Below are positions 8,113 to 16,895 of a stretch of 64,000 nt of DNA, one piece after another. The position numbers were made by a program, and so were the translations under genes. The notes beneath the pieces are model-generated. The model was not told the DNA's origin, did no database searches, and was given only the letters and a program-made list of their open reading frames with translations. The DNA is from a virus, in the IMG/VR virus record IMGVR_UViG_3300001796_000002. The stretch is one strand, 5' to 3'. Each line of letters begins with the position of its first letter. The first letter of the stretch is position 1.

Positions 8113-8146
8113 TGGTGCAATATTTTGTAGTCTGGTGCAAAATATT
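8113..8146. promoter_or_regulatory. Putative operator sites in the divergent repressor/early promoter region
   Basis: tggtgcaatatt (8113) and tggtgcaaaatatt (8133); 8113-8131 is the exact reverse complement of 13593-13611. Confidence 0.6.
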
Positions 8147-8221
8147 ATACCTTGTGGTGGAATCAATTTTGTACCCGACCGCAAAAATGCGGTTAACGGA
8201 AAAATAAAACTATTAAACTAC

Positions 8222-8512
8222 ATGGACAACAAAACACCTATCCACCCAAAGTACCGGGTAGCGGAATTACTGCGTAAGAAGTACGGAGAATTGAACACAA
8301 GGCAAGGGATTAGCGATCTGACAAAACACTGTAATCTTCGTAGTGAACGAACGGTGCAAGAATGGATGAAGGCAGAGGCTGGGTCTACATTTGAAATCAG
8401 TCATTTCGTGATTAAACAAGTCCTAACATTCTTCGAGTTACAAAAGGCAAGCCAACTGATTACTACGCAGCACAAGGAACTGTTAAAGCGTGATGAAAAA
8501 ACCATTATATGA
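8222..8512 (+). CDS. Cro-like DNA-binding protein, paralog A
   Basis: First gene divergent from the repressor; HTH-like ISDLTKHCNLRSERTVQEW; ATG 8222. Confidence 0.6.
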   Translation: MDNKTPIHPKYRVAELLRKKYGELNTRQGISDLTKHCNLRSERTVQEWMKAEAGSTFEISHFVIKQVLTFFELQKASQLITTQHKELLKRDEKTII

Positions 8513-8802
8513 GTGTTACATCACCCATGCCATTATACCGACTCAGGCAGTTGATATATGGTAAGTATGGCGAAGAAAAGTTTGCATTGGGATGTGAAAT
8601 AACAGCCCGATGGATAGCTTTTGAAACACGCAAACCTTGCACGATGGAAGATGTACAGTTTTGGTGTAATGTGCTTACAGAAGAAATGACTACCGATAAT
8701 AGCCTACCCATCACCATACCGCAAATGAAAGCCATCATGCAACTTTTCGGTGTAACAAACGAAATGGAAATTTTCAATAACTATTCAATTGAAATTTTAT
8801 GA
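8509..8802 (+). CDS. Cro-like DNA-binding protein, paralog B
   Basis: Aligns by eye with paralog A (PLYRLRQLIYGKYGE vs PKYRVAELLRKKYGE); ATGA overlap. Confidence 0.55.
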   Translation: MSVTSPMPLYRLRQLIYGKYGEEKFALGCEITARWIAFETRKPCTMEDVQFWCNVLTEEMTTDNSLPITIPQMKAIMQLFGVTNEMEIFNNYSIEIL

Positions 8803-8993
8803 GCTATTCAATTCAGTATTACGATAATGTTTTAAAGGAAACTAGAACTGTATGGTTTGCGGAGAAAACAAACCTAGTTGACGTTTCTTCCATATGCGAG
8901 TGCATGTCTTCATCTGTCTTTATGTATACAGAAATAACACTCTTAGAAATTGACCACAACAATCAACAAAAAATAGTTCATAAATACAATTAA
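8799..8993 (+). CDS. Hypothetical protein
   Basis: Translationally coupled in the early operon. Confidence 0.55.
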   Translation: MSYSIQYYDNVLKETRTVWFAEKTNLVDVSSICECMSSSVFMYTEITLLEIDHNNQQKIVHKYN

Positions 8994-8999
8994 CCTACC

Positions 9000-9272
9000 A
9001 TGAATACAAAAATTCAACATCAGGATGAACTTGCCATCGAGGCAATGAGTGACGAACTTCGATCACTTATCTATTATGGACTTTGCGCTCTCAGGGTCGA
9101 TCTTGACCGTACAGAAATATCAGCTTCACTATACAGCATTGATTCTAATGTAAAATGCTTTCGTAACAACGTGAAGGTTGCAACTGATAATCACATCGAA
9201 TACATGAAGAGCCTATCTGAACGAATTAAGCAACCTCTTTCACTTGTTAACTCATTTGCAGAAAGAAGTTAA
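9000..9272 (+). CDS. Hypothetical protein
   Basis: Operon position; TAATG coupling to the next gene. Confidence 0.6.
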   Translation: MNTKIQHQDELAIEAMSDELRSLIYYGLCALRVDLDRTEISASLYSIDSNVKCFRNNVKVATDNHIEYMKSLSERIKQPLSLVNSFAERS

Positions 9273-9670
9273 TGCACTATCAAGCCGAAAAATATAATTC
9301 TGAATTGCTTAACCTGCAATCGCTTATTAACGATTGGCGAAGTGATGCAGATGCCTATGAATTAAAAATAGAGCAAGCTGCTAAAGAAGGTAAGCCCGTT
9401 GCAGGTATGGAAACCTATCACACTAAGCAGCTACAGAAAATTAATCGAATAGAATCATTTGCAAGTGCAGCACATACATTCATATCCGCAATGCAGTCAC
9501 ATATTAACCTGATGAAGGTTAACAGCCTGGAACATCAATATAATACCAAATTATCAACCAACCGTACCCGAATATGTGACCTTCCGGACGGTCCAAATAC
9601 CATGCACCTAGAGGTCATGGAAACCCTCACGGAAATTCTTTATAGAATGGACAAAAAAACTATCTACTAA
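9272..9670 (+). CDS. Hypothetical coiled-coil protein
   Basis: TAATG coupling on both sides; upstream of the helicase. Confidence 0.65.
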   Translation: MHYQAEKYNSELLNLQSLINDWRSDADAYELKIEQAAKEGKPVAGMETYHTKQLQKINRIESFASAAHTFISAMQSHINLMKVNSLEHQYNTKLSTNRTRICDLPDGPNTMHLEVMETLTEILYRMDKKTIY

Positions 9671-10908
9671 TGGCTAAAGAAAAAGTTGAAATAAAAACTC
9701 CCTTCAAACAAATGATGGATTGGCTTTTTAGTCAATATGACTTCAAGCGTGATCTATTAAAAAATGCTGTTCATTTCAAGCCCACCGGTGATAAAGAATT
9801 TAAAGAGTTAACTGATGATGATATCAATACGATATCCATCACAATGGAACTGAAAGGATTGAAAAAATTTGCTGAGAAAGACATTTGCCGCGCTATATAT
9901 AGCAGCTTTAATCCTGGTAACTATGATCCGCTAAAAACATACTTCAATCGAATTTCAAAGAAAAATCCCAAAGGTGCCATTGATAAGCTAGCCGCTACGA
10001 TTAAGACCACAAATACCGAATTGTGGAATAAGTACCTAAAAAAATGGTTAGTCGCATGTGTTGCTAATTACATGGAAATAAAGGGGTGTCAAAATCACAC
10101 TTGCCTTGTCCTTACCGGTGGACAGGGTAAGGGTAAAACAACCTGGTTAAATGGTATATGCCCTCCTGAACTAAACCCTGCATACATCTACACCGGTCGC
10201 CTCGATCTGAGCAAGCAATCAGATACAAATTTCAAACTAGCGGACTACTGGTTTATCAATATTGAGGAACAAATGAAAAACCTTAATAGGCAAGATGCGA
10301 ACGCTGTAAAGGCACTTATAACCCTTTCTGATATCAAAGGTCGTAAGCCTTACGGTCGTATAGAAGTTTCAGCCAGAAGACTTGCAAATTTTATGGGTAG
10401 TACCAATGATGATGATTTTATTACTGATGAAACCGGAAGCCGCCGTTTTCTTCCTTTCAAAGTAACAGATATCAACTTACCTGGCTTTAAAAAAATTGAT
10501 ATAGATGAAGTATGGTCGGAAGCCTTTCGATTATACGAAAGTGGTTTTGTTTACTGGATCACTCAGGATGATCAGATTGAATTGGAAGCAAATAACAAGG
10601 AATACATTAACCATACTCAGGAACATGAATATGTGAATATTTATTGCTCAGTTCCAAAGGATGAAACTGATGCAACTCATGTTGTACCTGCAAGTGTGCT
10701 GCGTGATTTTATACAATTTGAAACAACCAATAAGAACCTACGTGATAGAAACATTGGTGTAGCACTTTCACAGATAGGATTTAAACAGGTTACACACCGT
10801 TTCCACTGGATCACCTACCCAATGAAAGCATGGTTAATAAAACTCAATGAACCTACAGGCAATGCGAGCCTGAATAAATATTTAATTGAACCACAACAAA
10901 AATCCTAA
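9670..10908 (+). CDS. VapE/VirE-family (SF3-like) replicative helicase/NTPase
   Basis: LVLTGGQGKGKTTW (Walker A), INIEE, KPYGR...NFMGSTND...DETGSRRF family motifs. Confidence 0.9.
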   Translation: MAKEKVEIKTPFKQMMDWLFSQYDFKRDLLKNAVHFKPTGDKEFKELTDDDINTISITMELKGLKKFAEKDICRAIYSSFNPGNYDPLKTYFNRISKKNPKGAIDKLAATIKTTNTELWNKYLKKWLVACVANYMEIKGCQNHTCLVLTGGQGKGKTTWLNGICPPELNPAYIYTGRLDLSKQSDTNFKLADYWFINIEEQMKNLNRQDANAVKALITLSDIKGRKPYGRIEVSARRLANFMGSTNDDDFITDETGSRRFLPFKVTDINLPGFKKIDIDEVWSEAFRLYESGFVYWITQDDQIELEANNKEYINHTQEHEYVNIYCSVPKDETDATHVVPASVLRDFIQFETTNKNLRDRNIGVALSQIGFKQVTHRFHWITYPMKAWLIKLNEPTGNASLNKYLIEPQQKS

Positions 10909-10910
10909 TC

Positions 10911-11180
10911 ATGAACAAAAAATTGAATCCCACACCACCAATTAGTCCCATTGCTTTGGAAATCGAAAATGAACTTTCAAGACTGATTACGAAAGCGAAT
11001 AACAACGACATTACACTCATTGCCTGTATCTCTATCTCTGATCCTGATAACAAGGGTTATCAATTTAACCATGCAAAGTTTACGGGCGAATCCGAAGAGG
11101 TATTAAACAGCATAAATTATCTAATGCAAGAAATTCTTATTGATATAGCAAAAGCTGAAAATAACTACTCTCAAAATTAA
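10911..11180 (+). CDS. Hypothetical protein
   Basis: Operon position after the helicase. Confidence 0.6.
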   Translation: MNKKLNPTPPISPIALEIENELSRLITKANNNDITLIACISISDPDNKGYQFNHAKFTGESEEVLNSINYLMQEILIDIAKAENNYSQN

Positions 11181-11187
11181 CCAACCA

Positions 11188-11298
11188 ATGAAACCAAAGC
11201 AAACACTAAGAAGTAGAATCACAACCCTACTACGAAACTTGACTACTAAGAAGAAAAAGCCAAAAAGTAGGGAAACAATTATTTCAATCAGACGATAA
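11188..11298 (+). CDS. Small basic protein (36 aa, absent from the ORF track)
   Basis: MKPKQTLRSRITTLLRNLTTKKKKPKSRETIISIRR fills the operon gap. Confidence 0.35.
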   Translation: MKPKQTLRSRITTLLRNLTTKKKKPKSRETIISIRR

Positions 11299-11316
11299 CA
11301 ATAAAAATCAAAAAAT

Positions 11317-11748
11317 ATGTTGTTAGGATTTAAAAACCAATTTGTCACCCCGATACTTCAAGACACAAAGTTGCATACAATTCGTGACGATATTCACAAT
11401 AGATGGCAACCAGGTAAGACGATACAAATGTGTACAGGATTGAGAACAAAAGACCTGAATATTTTTAATACCAAGACTTGTATTTCGACACAATCCATCA
11501 TCATTAACGCGAAGAAACGAACAGTTGATATAATCGTACCATTTAGAATTAGAGAAGAAAGAGTTGAGTTGTCTGATGGAAATATTTATTGGTTAGCAAT
11601 TAACGATGGCTTTACCAATGAAGGAGAATTCTGGAGTTGGTTTTACTTAGACCTCAAAGATAAACCAGGTTTAGAGGGCAAAAAGAAACTGATCCATTGG
11701 ACACATCTAACCTACCCAATTGAAGGTATTTCAGATTTACCATTTTAA
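11317..11748 (+). CDS. ASCH/PUA-like domain protein
   Basis: MLLGFKNQFVTPILQDTKLHTIR...WQPGKTIQM fits the ASCH xKxxTxR signature. Confidence 0.7.
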   Translation: MLLGFKNQFVTPILQDTKLHTIRDDIHNRWQPGKTIQMCTGLRTKDLNIFNTKTCISTQSIIINAKKRTVDIIVPFRIREERVELSDGNIYWLAINDGFTNEGEFWSWFYLDLKDKPGLEGKKKLIHWTHLTYPIEGISDLPF

Positions 11749-11750
11749 CT

Positions 11751-12065
11751 ATGCCAATCAACTACAAGGAATATCATCCAAAGTGGACACTTATCAGAAG
11801 ATTAATTCTGCAACGTGCAGACAATTGTTGTGAAGGTTCTCCAAAATTTCATTTGTGCAGAGCTGCGAATAATCAACCGCATCCTGAAACCGGAAGTAAA
11901 GTGATACTGACTATTGCACACTTGAATCATGATAAGAATGATAACAGGTTTTCTAACCTCAAAGCATTGTGCCAACGATGCCATTTACATCATGATATAG
12001 GGAATCACATATTCAATCGAAAGTATGGTCGGGATACCAAGAGATTAAACGGAAAATTATTTTAA
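11751..12065 (+). CDS. HNH endonuclease
   Basis: CCE...C; LTIAHLNHDKNDNRFSNLKALCQRCHLHHD. Confidence 0.85.
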   Translation: MPINYKEYHPKWTLIRRLILQRADNCCEGSPKFHLCRAANNQPHPETGSKVILTIAHLNHDKNDNRFSNLKALCQRCHLHHDIGNHIFNRKYGRDTKRLNGKLF

Positions 12066-12780
12066 TGAAGAAACCCTATAAAACATATAATGGAGGGAAA
12101 AACGGATCAGGAGTATATCAGCAAATAATTAACCAGATTCCACAGCACAAGATATTCATAAGTGGCTTTTGCGGCAATTGTGGTGTCCTGGCTCATAAGC
12201 TGCCGGCTTCCATGGCCAACATCGCAATCGATCTTGATAATGCAGTAACTCAAAAATGGTCGATAATTCCAGGAATATCTTCCATTAATGCAGATTGTAT
12301 CAGCTTTATTTCAAATTGCCTACAATTCATACAAATTGCTTCCCCCAACCTAATTGATGAAATTGTTATTTACCTCGATCCTCCTTACCTACAGGAAACC
12401 AGAAAAGGAAATAAAGCCTTATATAAACATGAAATGAATGATATCGCATCTCACAAAATATGCTGCTCGATATTATGTGTTGGCCTGTTAAAGTCATACT
12501 AAGCCATTATCCTTGTGATTTATACAATACCTTACTTAAGGATTGGAGAATTCATGATTTTGAAGCTATGACCAGAAACGGAAAAAGAACAGAAAGGCTT
12601 TACATGAACTATCCTGAACCTGATCAGCTACATGACTACAGGTACTTAGGAAAAGATTTTCGTGAAAGAGAACTATACAAAAAGATGCGTTCTAATGTGG
12701 TTAATAAGTTCAAGCGAATGAATATCCTGGAAAGAAACATGATTCTCGAATCATTAAAAGAGAGCTGGCATCATAAGTAA
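12065..12780 (+). pseudogene. Dam-like N6-adenine DNA methyltransferase split by a frameshift near 12455-12462
   Basis: YNGGK, motif-I-like SGFCG, DPPY and YKHEM in ORF 12065..12502. The conserved continuation (LLD...VILSHY...LYNTLLKDW...TERLYMNY) is in the -1 frame ORF 12460..12780. Confidence 0.75.
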
Positions 12781-12809
12781 GCATGATACAGGCTTACAGC
12801 AAAAATAAA

Positions 12810-12833
12810 TGCGATACAGCCGGCTGTATCGCA
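12810..12833. repeat. Perfect 24-bp palindrome between convergent genes
   Basis: tgcgatacagcc|ggctgtatcgca. Confidence 0.9.
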
Positions 12834-12889
12834 AAATAATATGTTAGCTGCAGACACCACATAAATAAATGATGGCACCAGGTTGTACA

Positions 12890-13243
12890 TTATTCCTTTT
12901 TGGGATCATTAAACTTAATCAGTGTACCCGTTCTGCCATCTTCTGTGATGATAGCATCGTACTCTAATTTTCCTTTCTTTTGTTTCCTGTTGGCATTACT
13001 GATTAAAGCATCAATCATTTGATATAGGTCTTTATTATCATCCTTTCCATTGAGTGCATTCAACCAGGAACCAAGGTCATCTTTAGTAACCTTACCGGTG
13101 ACAGTGTATTCACGAACCGGTTCAGATAGAATGTAAATTTCAATGCCCTGACGCTTATACACTTTTGCAAGACCCTTGTTATCATTTTGCCCGAATAAAG
13201 TAACTGATAGCAATAAAGCTATGCAGGTAATGATCTGTTTCAT
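12890..13243 (-). CDS. Secreted protein (moron-like, oriented against the lytic operons)
   Basis: Signal peptide MKQIITCIALLLSVTLFGQ from ATG 13243. Confidence 0.7.
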   Translation of the reverse strand: MKQIITCIALLLSVTLFGQNDNKGLAKVYKRQGIEIYILSEPVREYTVTGKVTKDDLGSWLNALNGKDDNKDLYQMIDALISNANRKQKKGKLEYDAIITEDGRTGTLIKFNDPKKE

Positions 13244-13333
13244 ACTATACACTTTGATGGTTAATGATGGTGTGGTCGTGGGGGTCAACCTTTACTCTTA
13301 TTATATAAATATATTATTTTCTATAGAATTAAT

Positions 13334-13598
13334 TACTACAGTTACTACAAAGTGTCTCAAATCCTTTATTCACGCTACTTTCATTTGTAGTAGGTGAAAT
13401 TTTAGTGAATCTACTACAAGTTACTACACCTACTATAATTTCTGTAGTAGGAAAAACAGCCTGTAGTACCTGAAATTTTACCACCTACTACACTTCAAAC
13501 GCAATCCCATAAAGGATTTCAGAGGATGTAGTAGGTGAAGTAGGTGAAAATGACAAAAAAACTTTTTCAAAAACATTTTTTCACTGATTTTAACTACA
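13334..13598. repeat. TACTACA/TGTAGTA heptamer cluster, candidate replication origin
   Basis: 9 perfect heptamers in both orientations at 13334, 13343, 13386, 13412, 13422, 13443, 13462, 13486 and 13527 in an AT-rich intergenic region. Confidence 0.7.
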
Positions 13599-13625
13599 AA
13601 ATATTGCACCATAAGGTGTAATATT
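13593..13625. promoter_or_regulatory. Putative operator upstream of the late operon
   Basis: aatattgcacc-ataa-ggtgtaatatt imperfect palindrome, sharing 19 bp with 8113-8131. Confidence 0.6.
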
Positions 13626-13646
13626 GTTGAGTTAAACAGCGAAAAC

Positions 13647-14099
13647 ATGGACAATCCCACTGAATCAAATATCACTACCGGTAGTGCTTCAGACCTTCAA
13701 CCTGAAAGCCAAAACCCTGAACCTACAGTTCAGGATTCGATTATAACCACTGAACCTGAAAGTGGTGGATTTGCAAAGCCTGATCCTGAAAAAAATGGGC
13801 AAAGCATTGTTGTCACAAAACCCTCAGTTGTTCCACCGGTTGAAGTAAAACCAATTTCAAAAGTTGAGCGAACTGGAAGTAAAAGATTAACCATCACGGT
13901 TAACTTTTCACTGGATGAAGTTCCTTACATCAATGAAATTATTCAGGCTCGTATTGACAGTAAACTATCAAAAAATGCAAGCCACTTCATCAGGCAATGT
14001 GTAGACTTTGCAATTCACCATAAGGCAGGTACAAAAATCGCTATACCGGAAATTACACCTGTTGAAATCAAAGACGGATTTTATCACCCCTCAAAATAA
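13647..14099 (+). CDS. Protein with low-complexity N-terminus and ribbon-helix-helix-like C-terminus
   Basis: KRLTITVNFSLDEVPYINEII...NASHFIRQCVDFAI. Confidence 0.55.
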   Translation: MDNPTESNITTGSASDLQPESQNPEPTVQDSIITTEPESGGFAKPDPEKNGQSIVVTKPSVVPPVEVKPISKVERTGSKRLTITVNFSLDEVPYINEIIQARIDSKLSKNASHFIRQCVDFAIHHKAGTKIAIPEITPVEIKDGFYHPSK

Positions 14100-14102
14100 A
14101 TT

Positions 14103-14411
14103 ATGAAACTGGAAGTACACAGCTTGCCGAATGGATCGTGTTCAGTGAACATGACACCGGAAGAAATGAAAACACTGCTAGAAAATCATCAGGTCATGTT
14201 GAAAGACTTGAAGATGATAAAGGAAAATGTAATGAAGGTGTCTGTTAATCTTGACCTTGTTGATGAAAACGGTGTATTCAGGGAAAAAATATCTATGATC
14301 AAACTTATGCCTAAAATAATGGGCTATATCACGAACACAGATAAGGCATTACTGGATTTCGGTTTTCTTCGTGAATTACTGCCATTGCTTCAACGATATC
14401 AAAACCTTTAA
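14103..14411 (+). CDS. Hypothetical protein
   Basis: Tight operon spacing. Confidence 0.6.
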   Translation: MKLEVHSLPNGSCSVNMTPEEMKTLLENHQVMLKDLKMIKENVMKVSVNLDLVDENGVFREKISMIKLMPKIMGYITNTDKALLDFGFLRELLPLLQRYQNL

Positions 14412-14413
14412 AC

Positions 14414-15016
14414 ATGAGTGAGCCAAGAGTAAGCGATAGCATTAGTAAACTTCTTATTGACGTTACAGTGCCAACAGAAGAAAAACAACCTCAGGTCATT
14501 GTTGCACCTGAAACTATTGTTGTGCCACCTGAAAATGCAAATACTGCATCCAATTCATCACCTGAAACTAATACACTTGTTCAGCAGCCTCAAACTGTGA
14601 AACCTCCTGTTACAGATGAAATGGTTGAAAACGGCGCGGAACTGGTTATAGGTATGTTTGATTTCAGTCAAAACAACTTGTTTAAGTTTTTTGTCAATAG
14701 GAAAAAGAACAATCGTATGGAAGCCTTGTTGGGTGAAAACCACAAGGATAAGTTGGAAACATTGATCAGTAATGTTGAAAGTGGAAAGAAAGCAGAGGAA
14801 TTTAAACCGGAAGATTTGAGTGCTTTGCGATTGGAAAAAGATGTACAGACATTGCTGAAAGACCTGCCTTTGAGTGATCAGGAAAAAGAGTCATTAAAAA
14901 AACCACTGATGGCTATCATGAAAGCCAAAGGCGGTGTTATTCCGCCGGAATATTTACTCATACTTGCCATACTTCAAATAGCCGGTGGACGCACTGCTGA
15001 AACTGTTATGTTATGA
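14414..15016 (+). CDS. Putative membrane-associated protein upstream of the packaging ATPase
   Basis: C-terminal hydrophobic PPEYLLILAILQIAGG; ATGA overlap with the ATPase. Confidence 0.65.
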   Translation: MSEPRVSDSISKLLIDVTVPTEEKQPQVIVAPETIVVPPENANTASNSSPETNTLVQQPQTVKPPVTDEMVENGAELVIGMFDFSQNNLFKFFVNRKKNNRMEALLGENHKDKLETLISNVESGKKAEEFKPEDLSALRLEKDVQTLLKDLPLSDQEKESLKKPLMAIMKAKGGVIPPEYLLILAILQIAGGRTAETVML

Positions 15017-15567
15017 CCAAAAGACTGAATAAATGTTTTCTGTTTATCGGTCGACGTGGTACCGGTAAAACAACTCTTGCGCGAAAGATGGCAAAGGCAA
15101 TGGGTAGAAAGCTGATCATCATTGATACGGATGATCATCCGTCTTATTTAGATATTCCTGTGATCAGCCTTGAAAGACTAAAAACATTCACCGGTGAAGC
15201 GTGCCGCGTGATCGAAAGTGATATTGATCATGTATTCGTAATCTTGAATCAGTACCAAAGTAATGCAGTGGTGATCTGTGAAGATGCCAGTAAGTATATT
15301 ACAGCCAACATCTCAAAAGCTGTTCGATCATTTTTGATCGACATGAGAAAAAGAAATTTTGATGTGATTATCATGTTTCACTTTTTATCTGATGTGCCGC
15401 CATACATCTGCAAGCAATATGATCAGATGGTTCTATTCAAGACTGGTGATAATATCCAGGTAACACAAAACAAGTTTGCAAACTGGCATACCATCGTTAC
15501 TAAGTTGAAGCGTATCCTTAAACACAAAGATTTTAACTACTGTGAGACTATTGCAATTGATGAGTGA
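15013..15567 (+). CDS. FtsK/HerA/A32-like genome-packaging ATPase
   Basis: Stand-alone 184 aa with GRRGTGKTT (Walker A), VVICEDA (Walker B) and DMRKRNFDVIIMFH (Arg-finger/sensor strand); no nuclease domain. Confidence 0.8.
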   Translation: MTKRLNKCFLFIGRRGTGKTTLARKMAKAMGRKLIIIDTDDHPSYLDIPVISLERLKTFTGEACRVIESDIDHVFVILNQYQSNAVVICEDASKYITANISKAVRSFLIDMRKRNFDVIIMFHFLSDVPPYICKQYDQMVLFKTGDNIQVTQNKFANWHTIVTKLKRILKHKDFNYCETIAIDE

Positions 15568-15763
15568 TCGACAGCACATACAACCAAATACACTTGGTGC
15601 CATAGCTAAACGCTATGGAATGGACACTCGTACACTGAAAGGAATGATAAGGTTACATCCTGAATTATTACTAAAAGTTCAACCTTATTTTGACGCAAAA
15701 AAAAATCTGTTACCACCGATCATTGTTGAACTGATTTATACAACACTTGGAACACCTGAGTAG
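15560..15763 (+). CDS. DUF4248-like small HTH protein
   Basis: IAKRYGMDTRTL...PPIIVELIYTTLGTP resembles the DUF4248 pattern (LA..Y...TL...V..I...LGEP). Confidence 0.6.
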   Translation: MSDRQHIQPNTLGAIAKRYGMDTRTLKGMIRLHPELLLKVQPYFDAKKNLLPPIIVELIYTTLGTPE

Positions 15764-15800
15764 GTGTTTTAATTTTTCGCGTTACCAATCCCCCAATCAT

Positions 15801-15829
15801 GCAGCCCTGTTTAAGGGCTGCTTTTTTTT
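15801..15829 (+). terminator. Rho-independent terminator
   Basis: gcagccct-gttta-agggctgc plus T8. Confidence 0.8.
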
Positions 15830-15957
15830 GCATTGTTATGTACCTGTAAACATTCTGAAACATAATACAGCAAAGGGATACATAATGATGAGCATGAATG
15901 AAACATAACAATCATTTTCACACTGCATAATCATTCAATCACTAAAAATTTTTAACC

Positions 15958-16128
15958 ATGTTTGTTTCAAACTCCACCAAAGGTTCAGGGTTCATGAATG
16001 CCGGGATTCTTTTGCTGTTGGTTTTTGTAGCTGTACTGATCGCTCTGATGATCGTTAAGCTGAAAAAAGACCCGAAAGATGCAGAGGCGCAACGCTTCAC
16101 CCTGGGATTGAAAAAGAAATCAGCATAA
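15958..16128 (+). CDS. Small single-pass membrane protein (56 aa, absent from the ORF track)
   Basis: MFVSNSTKGSGFMNAGILLLLVFVAVLIALMIVKLKKDPK...; TM followed by a basic cluster. Confidence 0.7.
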   Translation: MFVSNSTKGSGFMNAGILLLLVFVAVLIALMIVKLKKDPKDAEAQRFTLGLKKKSA

Positions 16129-16176
16129 GCCCATCCCATCAGTAAACCTCATTAACCTAACAAAAAAATTTTCGAC

Positions 16177-16827
16177 ATGGAACCAAGACCATACACAGGG
16201 AAAGGTGATGCCTTTCTCGATTTCAAAGGAAACGGTGTAGACTTTGGCAGTGAGTTGAACCTCGACAAAGTTTTCGCGTTCACCATTACCAACGCATCAG
16301 CAAACCCACAGGTTGTATTGCTGAACCCATCTTATTCACCCTCTGTTGTTGCCAGGGTAATTAAAACAGGTGCTATTCCTTATGCGGGCGGCGCAACTGA
16401 TTTGACTGCTTTGGGATCACCTACAAGTATTGAAGAATTTTTGGCGTTCATCAAAGCAAACCCTACAGTGGTAGTAAAAACAATGATTAAGAGTAATAAC
16501 TCTGATCAGTTGGCGAAAGCATTGATTTTCGCAAAAAAATCTCCTTTCAAACTGCCTGATAGTGATCGTATCAATCTGTCATCATTCCTGAGTGAGTTCG
16601 CGTCCAATGATAAATTGGCGACTGTAAAGCGTGAATATCAGTTGGATGATCAAACAGAACTTTCACTCGAGATTCCACCGGCTGTAGGTGCGGTTGCAAC
16701 TGTAACCACAATCACATTCTATTGCGGCGCATCTCTGAACACGGCAAATGCTTTGGCTCAGAAGAAAGCACAGGCAATGTTGAATCCGGAAGTACAGACA
16801 ACAAAAAGTGTAATCGCTGGACGATAG
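16177..16827 (+). CDS. Candidate major capsid protein (jelly-roll type by inference)
   Basis: Soluble, beta-rich 216 aa (VFAFTITN, LSLEIPP, TTITFY), downstream of the ATPase, with its own A-rich leader and a strong terminator directly after. Confidence 0.55.
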   Translation: MEPRPYTGKGDAFLDFKGNGVDFGSELNLDKVFAFTITNASANPQVVLLNPSYSPSVVARVIKTGAIPYAGGATDLTALGSPTSIEEFLAFIKANPTVVVKTMIKSNNSDQLAKALIFAKKSPFKLPDSDRINLSSFLSEFASNDKLATVKREYQLDDQTELSLEIPPAVGAVATVTTITFYCGASLNTANALAQKKAQAMLNPEVQTTKSVIAGR

Positions 16828-16845
16828 TCCAAACAATTCATAATT

Positions 16846-16883
16846 AAAAGGGCAATGCCATCAGTGCCATTGCCCTTTTTTTT
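16846..16883 (+). terminator. Rho-independent terminator after the candidate capsid gene
   Basis: aaaagggcaatg...cattgccctttt plus T-run. Confidence 0.8.
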
Positions 16884-16895
16884 AAAACTGATCCA

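Noticed and set aside
11317-12780. ASCH-HNH-methyltransferase as a restriction-modification or defence system
   Set aside because: These are common early accessory genes in phages, the methyltransferase is frameshifted, and nothing links the HNH to it specifically.
13334-13598. CRISPR array
   Set aside because: The repeats are 7-mers in both orientations with irregular spacing, and there are no cas genes.
15013-15567. Terminase large subunit or inovirus Zot/pI
   Set aside because: It is too short and has no nuclease domain for a terminase and no TM segment for Zot. A 19.5-kb genome with a VapE helicase and a lysozyme does not fit Inoviridae.
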